Assembly (NCBI RefSeq): GCF_000150275.1
Contig: NW_002060957.1
Coordinates: forward strand, 1,352,445-1,416,444
Source of the DNA: Trichoplax adhaerens
Lineage: Eukaryota; Animalia; Placozoa
Length of the DNA stretch: 64,000 nucleotides
Direction: 5' to 3'
In this document: positions 1-14,390 of the stretch, piece by piece
How the letters are laid out: every line of letters starts with the position of its first letter
Numbering within the stretch: position 1 is the first letter of the stretch
Position numbers and translations under genes: made by a program
Notes under the pieces: model-generated
Seen by the model: the letters and a program-made list of their open reading frames with translations, nothing else
Told to the model about the DNA's origin: nothing
Databases searched by the model: none

Positions 1-50
1 AACAACTAATTATTTTTACAAATTGATAATAAAAATTTTATGAAAGTCCG

Positions 51-3000
51 TTAATAGCGACGAAATTGTTGTCTTCCTAAAATTTTCCTTGCTATCCTAA
101 CATGATGAAGAAAGTTTGATAATGCTTCGTATGCATTATACAAATTTCATACCTCCCTCATCGTCTGTATTACTTAGCGTGGCTAAATAAAATTCTTGGA
201 TTGTTGTATTGTCGCTGGTGATATTAGCTTTAGCACTGTTCGCGTACCAAAAATAGACTGTATTAAATCGAAGTTGCTTGAAGCTTATTCTCATAGTAGT
301 ACTTTTAACGTGAAACTTTCGTATAGAAGTTCGAAAGAAAATAATTGTCACACATTAGTTAGTATCTTGCCCTATAAAAATATATCCATTTTAACAATGC
401 CGCAGTGTAATGAATAATAGCATTAACTCTGTATGCATACATCATTTTGAAGAAAAAATTTTAGAAAGTAGGGTTAAAAACATCTAAATTTTATTATATT
501 AGAAACTAGTAACGATCTATTCAGCAAAACATTAGCTATTTGTACTGTATACATTCTTATTTAATGCTAATTCTAATTCAAAAAATCTTGAAAGTAAGCA
601 ATGCTGTTGATCTCTGCAAGTTTGCTTTTACCTTTCTAGGTGTCGTTGTTGAATCATTTTCCAAAAGGTAGAAATTGTACCAGTAGCTGATTGTACAAGT
701 AGCCTGTTTGAAGCAAATAAAATCTACGACTTCCTGATTATATCTAATGATAGTAGTACAATTTTTAAGCGGTTGTGGTTTAACTAGAAGAGTGAATAGC
801 AAAGATATAGTATTAAAGAGTGTCATTAGTAGTTGGTAACAGCTAATTTGTTTCGGACAAAATTCATGGATATAGCAGTTGTTGGATTGGCGAAAGTGAT
901 ATTTTTAATATTTGTAGTTCACAGTTTAACCGTAATTGAAAAAAGAATTGATTTTAATAACTTTTAGTGGAATTATGATGAAATATGCGGTAATAGACTA
1001 TGTTAAATTTTTAGCTTTATGTTTTAAATTTACTAAAATATTTTAATAGATTTTAGTGGTATTACTGTAGTGTGTTTAATTTTCACTGTAGTCTTGACAT
1101 ATTATTAAAATATGGATATTTTGTATTATACCAAATATAGATAGCTTTACAGTCTATTTCAAATACAGTACACTCAAACATAGCTCGTTATGTTAAGTTA
1201 TTCGCAGCATTTATGGCCTTCGCTGTTTCCTTCAATTATTCACTATTACTGTGTCTGCTTATGGTAAATTTCATATTTAATTCTACAATCCTGCTCTCTG
1301 CGTGTGTTCTTTCTCTTAATCTATAAATACTGGTGATTTCGGTCTCAAATTTATTAGTTGCATTTGTTAGTGTCTGTATCTGCACACATTACTTCACGAC
1401 AGCTTACAGTACATGACTGATCTACCAATAACTACCACAATGCAGCGTTATTATTTTCTACAATAAATATTCCTTTTTCTAGTAAATACTTCGTGTATTT
1501 ATTGTGAAATGTCTAAAGTTTCCACATCAACAGACTCTTCGAACCCTCCATCACAATTACAGTAATCAATGAACTTATTAACATCTAGGAATCCAAAACT
1601 CTCCTACGTGCGATGAAAATATAAAGGATAATACTATTATATGGTGTAAACTGAGTATGCTTCATTGTATCTAAAAATTGTTGAATCTGTTTAGGTGTAC
1701 TTGTTTCTATATCTGATAAACTGATATTGTGATAATCAATATGGTAATAAATTCATAAAATGCTTAATCTATTTTAAGAGATTTATAGATATTTCACAAA
1801 TCTACTTACATGAAATATTCGAAGACTTGTGACTGCAGCGAATTAGCGATGGTGATTTGGCTTGTTTATGATAATGAAATGAAGTTATGATTGTATAAGT
1901 TATATTAAATCCTAACCATTTTGGCAGTAGTTGTAGCGAGCAATTGGTTTGCCTAGTGATATTGCAAATAAATTTGCTGACTAAAGTAAAGCCTGGAGTG
2001 TGAACAAGATACCGAATTTGATATGCAACGGACTTTATGTAAGTTCTATCGATTTTTGGTGGGTGCCAATTAATCGACAAGCGGCTGCATGCAATGGTAG
2101 CGGTTATATTGGTTACTGTAGATGATGTTCCTACAATAAAGAGGAATTGCAAAACAAAGTTATTAAATATTTTCGTATTGGGTGTCACAGATAGTTTTAT
2201 GAGATGAATGGATGTTTTACTTTCGATAGGGCATTGATTATTATCATTCATAGTTATGGCAGGCGTATTATTGCTAACAGATGGACCTGCATACAGAAAA
2301 TATAGAACTTTATTTCGATCGTTACTTGAGAAACTTAAATATGGAGTATACTTCAATTTTACTCTCGATTTATATGCAACGAATTTAAATCAACAGCATA
2401 CATAAAAATTATTTAAATCATCTATCTGTTTGTAATAATTTGGAATAGATAAAAAATTGACTTTCTAACGTGTAGTTTTGGTAAATTATTCTTACCTGTA
2501 GGGCTAATCGAATTAGTGGTATGGACAATATTTGAACTTGTTACAGTAGTTGTATTAACAATAGATGGCGTTATATCTTGGGATGACGTTGTGGCTGCTG
2601 TTAATGCAGTTATACCAGCATTTTTTATTTCAAAACTAAAGATGCTGCTATTACTACTTAGTTCGCCGTATATTTCACTCTGAATGTACCAAATAAACGT
2701 CCCATAGCAATCCTTGGAGCACCCAATTTCCGCAAAAGTTAACTCCTTCATTATTTCTTTCTTCACTTTATACTATTAAAATATTTTGGCATATCTTTTA
2801 AATTCGGATAAATAATGTCTTTAGGAAATTTATAGTACTACAGTGGATTGTATTTCTACAAGAGAAAGCTTAAGGTCGATTTATGTCAGTTATAACCGTT
2901 ATAAATTAACATAATTTTTATTCCCGCAGCTACTGAAAGCCACAATTCATATTCCGCTCTGCTTATTATATATTTGAAGAGATACTTTCAAAATGGATGT

Positions 3001-6000
3001 CGATATTACTGTGATTAATCTTTCTCTGCTATAAAAATATAGTTACCTGTCTATATTGATCGCTGGAAAATTTTTCGTTAATGTGAAATATATATTGATG
3101 TTCCACTCCATCAAAGCAAGTGTCATGTTCTTCGCACCACAATAACAACTTTTGTTTATTGTAGATGATGTCGGTATGGCAATTCCTTGGAGCTTTTGGT
3201 GTAACTAAGTAACAAATCATCAAAACAGATTAAATTAGATTCATTAATAGAGTAAGATAATGCAGCACATTTATTGTTCATTTTACGTTAATTACAATTA
3301 GATATGTTATTAAAAATTCTCAAGATTTATTAGCATTTCTTGCATATACGCGTATGCTTTATAGAGTTTATTAAATGTATGGAATATTCAAAAATTTAAA
3401 CTGCTACCATAAATCACGTTGTTTAAAATTTTCTATTTAGTAACTGGTTGTATGCAGATAATTGAATTTCTGTTAGAGCCTTAGAAATTCATGTAATATT
3501 AGGATTAGGGTTTTTACACTATATCATATTAATTGTATTATTAATGTAAGAAACATACTATTAGTATCGGAGAAAAAATTTAATGATCATTATGTTGTCA
3601 TTCGAGAACAAAAATAATGGCTCGGAAGATTCCATTTATAAGATTGCAATGCCACTTCTACAGCTTTAATTTCTATCCGGTAAGTAATTGAAATTTACTG
3701 CATATTTGACTATCAATTAAATCTTACATTTCATAGCTGAAAATAATATATAAACTTCGCTGATTGAATTAAGCTTGTTGTTAGCAAGAGCCTCAATCTT
3801 GAACTTGAATGTTGCATCATTCCATTTTCGATTGATTGGAATAGTGCAAGCATAAGTAGTTGACCGATTACCATAATTACAGGCAGTACTCCACTTGGGA
3901 TCGCCTTTACTGGATCTGCTTATTATTACATATTGAATCCAGTAATGAATTAAAAATGAGCAATACCGCTGATTGGAAGGTGGGTACCAAGTAACTTGAA
4001 CATGATTACAGATAGTTCTAGCTCGAAGTTGAGTAACTGGTTCTAATAAATAAATCAAAGCTTTACTTTTTTTATCAGCTGAGGTGAATTAAATTTGTTA
4101 GATGATAAACTGCTACATATATTTCATTCGATACGGTTACCTAACATTTTACATTTGCTGTTTTTGTTCAGATTTAAACTTGTTCCTACAAAAATGATGA
4201 AAATTGTAATTTATAATGCTTACTGCTATAATGAACTAGAAATTATTTCTGTGATTGCAATGCACTAATTATTTCCTTCTCTATCTTATCAGATTTTGTC
4301 AAGAAAACTAAGTACAATGTAATAGCTGTTGTTCTACTACCTATAGCAGGTGCGTAGCGCTTATGTTATGTATAATAGATTTACGAGTATAAAGCTAAAT
4401 AATACTGTAAAATTCCGATTAGAAAACTTATTAAACTCCTTGTAATAATTCAAACTAGTATCCAATTAATATGTAAGCATCCTGATATCTATAAAATCTG
4501 ACGTATTGTGTTACTTTTCTACTATTTATCCTATGGCCATTAAACTGTAGCACATGATTCCATGCCCACTGCTTCAAGGTTTAATAACGAACAATATGAA
4601 TGTTTGTAAATTTTGCAAGTTTCATCATTAATGTTCAAAGTAAGGAAATAAGTAAGTTTTACGATGAGTTACGATGCACATTGTGATTGTGCAGTAATTA
4701 GTATTAGTGATGGTATTGAGAATCATTTTTAGAATCTGAAACCTTAATAGAGTCATTTGTTGTATAAATTTATCAGCTATCTAATCTACTTTTTTAAAGT
4801 GCTAATCAACAAAAAATTCGATCTTGTAAAGAGTATAGCATGAATAGTATAAGTGCACAGTTTCATCATCAGCAATCATGAAATTGGCTTATAAGCATAG
4901 TGCACTATTCTACTTCTTAATGCTAGCGTTCTTCAATTACTACTGTAATTATCTGAAACTATGACAATCCTAATAGCCACTTTTTACTGTTGTAATAAGA
5001 GGAGGGATGCAAATTCTTCTCCGTCAAGCATACTATCTATAAGCAATGCTTTTAAAAAGCAAAAATACGCTAATGTAACCTCAGAATTGAAGAGTTTGCC
5101 ACTGTATAAAGCTGACTAAACTATCTAAGGTATTTATCGCTTACTATCAAACCCTGTTTCTTGTAATATATGCTAATGCCACTTAGAGACAAAATTGACC
5201 TGTTCAAATGCTTTATCGCCGGTTTCTATAATTTCTTTACATATTGATATACTTTACATTGTACAGTGTACAGGCTTCGGCAATAATTAAGTTTCTGTAC
5301 GATAGGAATTTCCGACTGAATTCGACTCGCAATTAAAAGAGGAAATGTCACAAAACAGCTTTGCAACAAGATAACGTAATGTACGATCAATAAGTCAATT
5401 CCTTGAACCACGTATCAAGGAACGATATCTTCACTATCACAAACACTCTTGCTCTACTAGCAGACTACATAAAGACTTAAACGCCTCGTATTTTACGTTA
5501 AACACTAAGTATAAGAATCCCGTTTATTACACGACATACTGCATTTATATACTCTTCTCAGTAGTTCATGAGTCATAGTTAATACAATTAACATTGGAAT
5601 CGTTTACTGAATTAGATATTAATTTTAGCTACTGCTCCCTTAATGCAAACAACAATGTTTACGAACATAGACATGTAATGACTAATACAGAATAGTCAGA
5701 TTACGATATGTCCGTTCACGGAAAATTTCAATGATAATTTACAATCTACCATAAGTAAATTACAATCACAATGATTCGAACTGTAAGTAGATGATTTGCA
5801 TTTCCTATTATAACTATTAATTTCAGTTCGTGTATATGTGTCACTGTGATAAAAAGTCAGTACTATATTAAAACACAGTATATCCTAATTAGAAGTTAAC
5901 TAAATAAGGATAGTCTAACAGGATTATCCTAACATAGTTATTTCTACTCTAATACAGTATATAACACTATCACAGGAAAACTTTTAGTTTAGTGCACCGA

Positions 6001-6693
6001 TAATTTCTTAAAAAGGAGTATATATGAAAATTGGCATTGATATAACGCCTATGGATAGTATCTATTTTAATTATAATAATATAGAAGTCACTTTTATAAA
6101 TACTTCGGTAATAAGCAAAAGATACAGTATTTTGGACTCTATGAAAGTAGTTTCTGACTATTATTAAGTACTTGCATTAGTCATCTTCTCATGCTTGCGT
6201 ATATTTTTTCTCCGTTTTTGACTATCAATTTGCTCATTTTAACTGTATTTATTTGTATGTTTTCATGAGCATTATAATTAAGTTTCAATAGTAGTACTGA
6301 AGTCATGGCACAAAATATATAAGATTACTAATGACTTCAACATTGCTTTATCTATTACATAAAACCTGACGTCATTTTCTCACTCATGGATATAAAGTTA
6401 GAGCTTTTATAACGACATAGTAAAGCGAATGAGTCTTTACTAGAAATAAAATAATAGATTCGAAAAGATATCGAAATAGAAATTATGACAAACGTTTAAT
6501 CAGCAAAATATTTCTCCAGAATCTAATAGGTTTCCAGCCCTTTTTTCTAGCTATGTTCAAAGATTATTACTTTAAATTATACTGATATAATATTTTAATT
6601 TATAATCAGTTTATATTAATTCACGACTTTACCTCGGGTTAAACCAAGAACTAGAAAAATGATGAGCCCGAATGGTTTACTGTCTGTCGCCAT
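51..6693 (-). CDS. Receptor-family gene 1: secreted-type protein with two tandem FN3-pair (class II cytokine receptor-like) modules, ~527 aa
   Basis: Manual splice model, all GT-AG with consistent phases. Exons: 6693-6633 (signal peptide MATDSKPFGLIIFLVLGLTR), 4185-4141 (Cys micro-exon), 4042-3728 (D1: CNHVQVTWYPP..YWIQY..WSTAC..C), 3204-3047 (D2a), 2772-2496 (D2b plus S/T linker), 2286-2221 (Cys micro-exon), 2130-1810 (second D1: CSRLSINWHPP..CNITRQTNC), 783-632 (second D2a VKPQPLKNC), 315-153 (second D2b YFWYANS), 76-51 (GRQQFRRY-stop). Total 1584 nt = 528 codons. The last exon is uncertain and the gene could continue beyond the window edge. Confidence 0.72.
1066..1555 (+). mobile_element. 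Solo-LTR-like element, family B (490 bp)
   Basis: Starts TGTAG, ends TCACA, flanked by perfect 5-bp direct repeat ATTAC (1061-1065, 1556-1560). Contains TATAAA (~1322) and AATAAA (~1461). Homologous to 9979-10480. Lies in an intron of gene 1. Confidence 0.6.
5346..5974 (+). mobile_element. TG...CA element, family A, copy 1 (629 bp)
   Basis: Begins TGTCACAAAACAGC, ends TATCACA. Perfect 5-bp TSD GGAAA. Near-identical to 28106-28735 and to the reverse complement of 21894-22523. Lies in intron 1 of gene 1. Confidence 0.9.
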
Positions 6694-8804
6694 CACGTAA
6701 TGATTAGTGAAATTTTCTGTGTCAAGGACTTAATCGATCTGCGGAACAATTTTTACTCGGAAAAAATACAAATCTTTTCTAAAATAAGTTTAAGAACTAC
6801 TAATAAGCAAGCATTATCGGCGTTTATTAATATTATTATAGGAATATAAGTAAAATAAAAATATAAAGTGGGTAATTATATTTGCATGCAGACACGCCCA
6901 GTCGAATTTAGTTAAATATAACAGCCGCTCGCGTAGTTGTCAAAGTTTCTTGATTTTCTAGTACCTTCTGAGAACGGGCATAAAACGCTTGACTATCGTA
7001 TCTTGAATATATGTTAACTACAAAACAACTTTTGTTGCAGTGAATGTTGGTAAGGGTAACTTATGTCTCATATTTCCATGAAAGTGCATCATAAAGGCGT
7101 ACAACATTAATCTACTTTAATTATACAAGGCTAAGGAAAGATTTAACAGATTGATGAGCACATCAAATTGTTGGCGATTATGCTATAATTAAACGAAATA
7201 CCGCGGTAAATTCAATGTGCAAATCTTACGTGCAGTAATTAACGGTTTAATTAAATTGTAAGACTGAGATTGAATTTAGAGTGCATTTATTAAAATGTTT
7301 AGTGACGAAGGCGGTAGTAAACGTATTTAAAAACTGTTACACCTGTGCGTATACGAAGTAACTCTTATTCAGTAAATAGTAACCGAAATTGTTTATTTTG
7401 ATCATTCCGTATAAGGCTTGGGAGAAATAAAATTAAGGGTAAGAAATTCAAAGTAAACAAAACAGCACGGTAAAATCTTGTTATTTCGCGAAGTCATATT
7501 CAAAATAGAAGATCTATTTAACAATTGGCCGTATCGTAGAGCACATTAAGTGGCATCTGGTAAATATGAAGACAGATTAATAGCAGAAATCCTTTCAGTT
7601 CTCGGATTTATACCATGTATTGGTCGGCAAATTGTTAATCTTTTCAACTACAAGTGAAGGATTTAGCATATCTTGGCGATTTTGCAGCCAAGAGAGTACA
7701 GACGTTGTAGAATAGGCTTCTAATGAATCAGATCTTCCATTAAATAATATTAAACGGTAACAGCCGTAATCAGTACGTGATTACAATCAGATTTATGCTA
7801 CGTTAGTTCTATTTCAGTTTCAGTATATAGGTTAGATGCTAAGCACTATGATTGTAATTAATCTCTTTTGATAACTTAAATTCTAGTAATAGCGAGTGTT
7901 TTAATACTATATTAATCGCAGAATAAAAGCAACCTTTTCTGCTTTAATCGGAAACTTACGAGAGCTAATCTTTGACAATAAGGCTCCTGGAAGGATATAA
8001 ATTATAATTTGATGTATACTTCATATTAAATGAGAATCAGTATCGATTTAGTGGAGAATTCTGGCAAATAACTACATCACTAGGACCATCATATCAAAAT
8101 TTATGCTAATTAGATTCTACAATTTCTTTAAGCTACATAACTATCATCTCCTACTTAATGGATAGTATGAAATACCCTGGGATAGTGTTTTATATCGTTG
8201 TGATTTATCGTGTAATATTTAGCCACTATACTGACTAACATTTTAGAGGTAGCCATTGAGCCTTTTAATTTGGAACTTAGTGTTTTGATAGACGTTAACA
8301 ATTTTGTATGACATATCCTATTTACTTGTTACGTCTATTAACAGTTGAAACTAATGATAGTAAATGATAATTTTCTAATATTTTTTTCCGTACTCTATTT
8401 AGATTTCATGTTAATTACTCTGTAACGGAAGTTTACAACATTGAAGATTGTTATCCCGTAATCTTATGCTAATCTGCTTGAAATGGTGAATCAAGTAGTA
8501 CAGTACTTTATGTATGACTGCGTTTTTATCATGAAATCTATATTTTAGTTTCATAAACTGTAAAATTTAAAACAGGAAAAAGGAAAATTAGGAATGACAT
8601 GCTTTATATTATGGGGATAGACATTACTAGCGATTTCATGTAATTAATGTTTCAAAATTAAAGAGATAAGATTTTCGTAAACAAATTTAAGCTAAATTAT
8701 ACAGTATTATCCACAGATAAATTTTCGAATGTATTGCATTACTTGCATTTATATAGTCATGAATTTGTAATTATATATCTTAAAAGTACTACATCAAGAA
8801 TATT

Positions 8805-9115
8805 GATTGCACTCTATTTGTATAAATTTGTTGGTCTATTAAATTACCGTACTAAGAGCCTTCCGTCTTCACTTTGACAAACTGTTTTGTTGTTTACATT
8901 AATCTTAGTCTACTATACGAATACGACTTGAGCTATTCCTTGCATAGTCCCATAACCTTAAAACTTCACTCTATTGTATGAATTGGCTTATCCATTAAAT
9001 TATCAAGAACTTTCTATCTTTAGTTTGATAAGCTGCCTAGTTGTGTGCAACAATCCTGGTCTTCTTTACGAACACAACTTGAATTATTTCTTGCATAGTC
9101 TCGTAACTTTAATTC
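8805..9115. repeat. Degenerate ~155-bp tandem duplication
   Basis: cactctatt..attaaatt and acgaa.ac.acttga..tatt.cttgcatagtc each recur at ~150-160 bp spacing. Confidence 0.5.
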
Positions 9116-9978
9116 TAGGCCAATTTGGTGACCACTTTATCGAATTATAACTTATTTTCGTTAATGAAATCTAGTTCTTCTCTTAAGTATCAGTTATTCG
9201 TTTAAACCTAGCATAAATTGAAGATAACCGATGTGTGATATATCGGTATGCGTGTGATTCTTCGCCTGAAGTATATTTTAGATGGTATGTATGGGCCCAG
9301 TTAGAATGGAAATTTGATATGCTTCATCTAGTTTAGATATATAAAAGTGCTATAGTGTTAAATTATTACAAAAAAATTAGTAATATTTAGTTACACAACG
9401 ACGTTAAAAGTTATGATATAGTTTATAATTTAGATGTTTTAAGCTTTGATACAGTAGTGCTTGTTTGGTACTGTAAATTAGCATGTGCTTATGATAGATT
9501 AATAGGGATGATAGATTGTATGTTATAGCATAAATTATTTACGTGAATGGGTATAATCTAATCTATTTGCCTTGTATTAATCATCGAATATGTATATTTT
9601 TAAATTTTAACGTATCAATTTTTGCTATTTAGTTATAAAACTATTCACGGATTTAAAACACTATTGATACAAATGATAACTTCTAGCGACTGCAAAAATT
9701 TCTATAAACTCGTCATATTGTCTAACAAAGTTAGTTTTTAAGTTTATTATTTAATATAAAGTTCAAGGTGTACCAATCACCGTGAATTTATAGAATCAGG
9801 ATCAAGGATTTTCAGGGTTTCTTAGACAGATTTACTTCCTAATACGTTGTTTAAGGACCAGATTTATGGATTTAGTCTTCTCATAATTTTATTATTTATC
9901 TTATTACATAAATGGTTACGTTACAGCATGAACTCTAGCATACTTTGGATTGATTCACGATTTTAGTTTGTGGTAAGT

Positions 9979-10480
9979 TGTAGCGTATGTAGATTTTACT
10001 ATAACTGTAATATGTTCATTTATATAGACATTTGCTTTGCGCTTAAACAAAGAATTCTTTACAGTTTTTTGCACCATATTCAAAATAAGCTTATAGTATT
10101 TAGTTATTAACAGTACTTACAGCCTTCCCAATTTTCGAAAATCATTTACTATTACATAGTCTGTAATGGTGTACGTTGTATCTAATTCCACAATCCTGTT
10201 CTCTGCATGTGTTCTATCACAAAAGCTATAAATACCGCCGGTTTCTATCTCAGACATCATTAGTTGTCCTAGTCATAGTATATGTACTATCACACGTTAC
10301 TCATGGCAGCTTACACAGATCTAAAGTAACTACCTCATTGAATCTCAGCTACTGTCTTCAATAAAGCATTCTCTTTTATCTAAACCTCCTGTACAGCAAT
10401 GTTTTTTTCGTATAAGATATTCTAATAAAAGTATAAATGAAACTTATTGCTATCTATGCTGTACAATCATTTCTACACAT
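9979..10480 (+). mobile_element. Solo-LTR-like element, family B, divergent copy
   Basis: Aligns by eye with 1066-1555 (tgtag start; acaatcctg.tctctgc.tgtgttct; ctataaatac; gcagcttaca; caataaa). Right end and TSD not resolved. Confidence 0.5.
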
Positions 10481-12458
10481 ACAGTCACCTCAAAGAGAGT
10501 AGGAGTTGATAATTTGTTTTATAATAAATGTAACTATGAGTTTAATTTTCTGCCCCGTGCAGATTGAGAACCGTACAAACCTTCAATAATATTTTTAGTG
10601 ATAACTCAGGATAATAATATGCAACATATAAAGCCTTTTTGTATTATAAATTTGCAATATTCTTAGGCTCTACGATTGCATATCGATTAAATTTAAATTA
10701 ATGCAACTATTTTAGCCGTTATCGCTCGCTATGATTCTTTGCAAGAACACAAACAGAGGAATTTAAGGAATTTAGTACAAGATCCATTAGTAAAATTGAC
10801 TTGTTATTTAGCCTGAATAAGCATTTACAGCTGAAAATGTCGAATTGATCGTTTATTACGACCATAACTACTAAAGAAACCCACGCATAACGCTTTATCT
10901 AACCTAGTAAGCATTACCATTGTTACGGAAATATTGTAAAAGACTAACAGAGTCAGTTTACAGGAAAATCGGTTTTACAACGACTACTTCTAGTAGTTCC
11001 AAAATTTAATATCATGAAATAGCAACAAGTAGCCGAAAAGTCAATTTTAACACATAGAAACTGCACTGGTAATACAAATACTCAATCAAAATATAGTTTC
11101 AGAAAATTTTTGTAATACGCCTCAAGAATACATTTGCATAAATTTCTGCAATTCTTGCTTGGATCGTATGTATTAAGTACTATTTTTTCGAACATTAAAA
11201 ATACTCTAAAGTGTAATGGTGACCAATAATCGTCGATCATGATATGACAAAATAAAATGCTCATCATTACAATTGCATTAATTATCAGGCATAAGCTATT
11301 TATAAAACATTAATGCAACTATAGGTGTCCAGTAAAATTTAATTTCGATAGAGTAACTGTCTAGCACTTCACTCGTATATATCTGGCACTCATTAAATCT
11401 TGAATAGAATCATTTCAATAATATTACACTTTTATAGTCCTGCTAAATAAATTCTCAGAATCAATATTCGCAAATAAGTGGTTCCTACTTATTTCTAGCT
11501 CAGCGAAGAGTATCTAACACCTAATTGTTTGTGAAACCTAACTCTAATTAGCTATGGAGTATTTATCGTGGAGTAGTACTGATATCATGCAATCGTCGCT
11601 CAACAAATTAACGAAAAGTTCCAATATCCAATGATAAACTATAGGATCCTGCTAAGATGTCATCGACAGCAAAATAATTTGCAAATCCAATTAATAACAG
11701 TTCATAGGTCAAATGAAGTACGGTTGTTTTAAATAAATATTCTAAAGTCCTAATAAGCATCTCTAAAGTTGGAAAGAAACTTTATCGTACTCGTAAATCA
11801 GAGCAAGGAGATATAAATAGTTTATGGCATTACAACACCATGATGCGGGAATTATATTTAAAAGATACACATTGAGTTAATTCGCAAAGGGAGTTGAATG
11901 CGATGATTATTGCAAAATTGTTAGACATTATTCGATACAAGATTATCTAAAAGTAGTATGACGATAGCACAAATTAGAATCAAGGCTCATACTAAAATTA
12001 TGTACGGCATTGCATGTCCCATTTATATTGATCTACTTTCTACTCGAATAACATTCATCAGTTTCATTAAAGAGTTTAATATTTATACATTCCATATCTT
12101 GAATAATAATGGAATGCAAATATTATTTGAAGTAGAAGTACAGTAATTTGTATTTACGCATATATTCGAGTAACTACGGAATAAAATTTTTTTCATATCC
12201 CTCAATACGCAGAAAATCTAAACACTGGCAGCGTAACAAATGATTATAATAAAAATAATAAATATTTTCACATTCAGTAATTAATTTACTATTACTGTAA
12301 TTTTTCGGTCTTTAGCCACACTAAAATATTAATAGCTACTTGCTTTAACTAGAAGCTACAAATTTTTCCTTCAGTCTGCTTCAAATTTGACTGTATGATC
12401 GTAACGCGTAGATGACTCATATAAAGAGGGCATCAGAAAAATTTTCAATTGATGTGTG

Positions 12459-12905
12459 TGTCAAAAACAGCTTTGCAACAAGATAACGTAATATACGATC
12501 AATAAGTCAATTCCTTGAATCACGTATCAAGGAACGATATCTGCACTATCAGAAACACCTTTTCTCTACTAGCAGACTACACAAAGACTTAAACACCTCT
12601 TATTTTACGTTAAACACTAAGTTTCAGAATCCACTTTATATGTCCTATCACGGAACATTTCCACGATAATTTACGATCTATCATAAGTAAGTTACAATCA
12701 CTATGATTCGAACTGTAAGAAGATGATTTGCATCCCCTACTATAACTATTAATTCAGTATGTGCATATGTGCCACTGTCATAAAAATTCAATGCTATATT
12801 AAAACGCAGCATATCCAAATCAGAAGTTAACTAAATAAGGATAGGCTAACAGAATTATCCTAACATAGATATTTCTACTTTAATACAGTATATAACTTTG
12901 TCACA
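12459..12905 (+). mobile_element. TG...CA element, family A, copy 2 (447 bp, internal deletion)
   Basis: Same termini as the other copies. Perfect TSD GTGTG. Lacks ~180 bp of the central region. Confidence 0.88.
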
Positions 12906-13117
12906 GTGTGCCGTTACTGAATATGTCTTACATGTTCACTGTAACTACTTACTTTCGATAAAGATGCCTTCATTCTTCTTGTAAATAATGTAAATAAATA
13001 CTAGAGTTATCTTTACAATATCAAAAATCGTACGATAGCGATAACTAAACTATTTCCTTCCGGTAAAATGTAAGATCACGTAGATTACCCTATACTTCAA
13101 GCATTGTGTTAAATTTC

Positions 13118-14390
13118 CTAAAGAATTTCATTAATCCCAATAGGAATTAAGTCCTTATTGGTAATTTCAAATTTAGGAATTTTGGTAAATTTTACACCAA
13201 ATACAGAAAAATTTACAGAATTAGCATAAATGCAATAACATGTCTTAGTTGGAACAAGCAAATCTTTAGTTTTAAAATTTAACTCCAATCCTGACTATAT
13301 TCTCAGAATAAAGCTTTCGTAATAGATATAAAGTATGCTTATTTTAATAGCTTAGAAATCGAACGAAATTATATAATCGAATCAAAGTGATTCCGATTTC
13401 AGTATTGATTATTTTGAGAAATATAGCATGATCGGTATTATTCGATTTCATCATTATTTGAATTTTCGATGTTAGAATTTATGATTATTTGTTTTATATT
13501 TAATAAAGATTTAAACTGATTACTATATATACAAGCTGAGATTTACTGCAAGATTGAAATAGTTTATGTTTACTATAAAAGACATCAAATACTATACGCG
13601 TACATAAAATTATTTTCAAATGACAATATTACGTTCTTGCCAGCATCTTTGAAACTATACCATATCCATCTACGTAATGTAAAATAAATCTTATTAATTA
13701 TTAAGGGCAATAGCGTTAGTAGAATTGATTGTTTATCATCTAAGATATTGTGCAGTTTTAATGATGTGATATATCCAATTCGATTCTGCCCGCTAAATTT
13801 ATATTGAGAATTAATCATACTTTAGAGGTGAGTGAACAAATAACTTTTATTAGTGTCGGAAATTGTTATTTGTAACGTATGCAAAGAAACATTACGACTA
13901 TGGCCAAATAAATTAAGTTAAACCCTTTGGATGACTTAGTCATATAAAGAAAATATTTATAGAATCAGAGTTTACAAATTCTGATTTTTTTAAATTTGTG
14001 TTACATAAAGATTTACAGTGAGTAAGAACAAGTATTTCTAATATTTTTGTAATCTGGTATTACTATTCTCCTGTTTATTAGTATAAAGCTTTAATGATGC
14101 TCACCCAATGTATGATATGATAATAATGGAATTCACAATTCTAAATGATAAAATAATTTTTATGATTAATGTTTACTCAATCTACCTAATATAAAATAGC
14201 CTTTCATTGACAATACTATTACTAAAACCTTACCCGATGCCCTAATTTTAACATTTACTTACCATTAGTAACACCAAAAGAATACTCTAGGCTTTATAAG
14301 CATTCATGTTGCTGTCTAGCTCAGTAATAGCTACATTCCAATGGATGGTTACATAGTGCCAAGCTAAGGCGCATTTTCCCAAGGATGCAA
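13118..14390 (-). pseudogene. Decayed D2a-like (~14233-14390) and D2b-like (13118-13294) exons of the receptor family
   Basis: 13294-13118 follows an AG acceptor in phase 0 and reads SGLELNFKTKDLLVPTKTCYCIYANSVNFSVFGVKFTKIPKFEIT.., compared with ISFKQLRFNTVYFWYANSAKANITSDNTTIQEFYL in gene 1. The region near 14300 reads QQHECL*SLEYSFGVTNGK* with stops. Confidence 0.35.

Noticed and set aside
196-417. Plus-strand ORFs overlapping family exons (also 17244-17453, 17685-17867)
   Set aside because: They are antisense to supported minus-strand exons and have no independent evidence.
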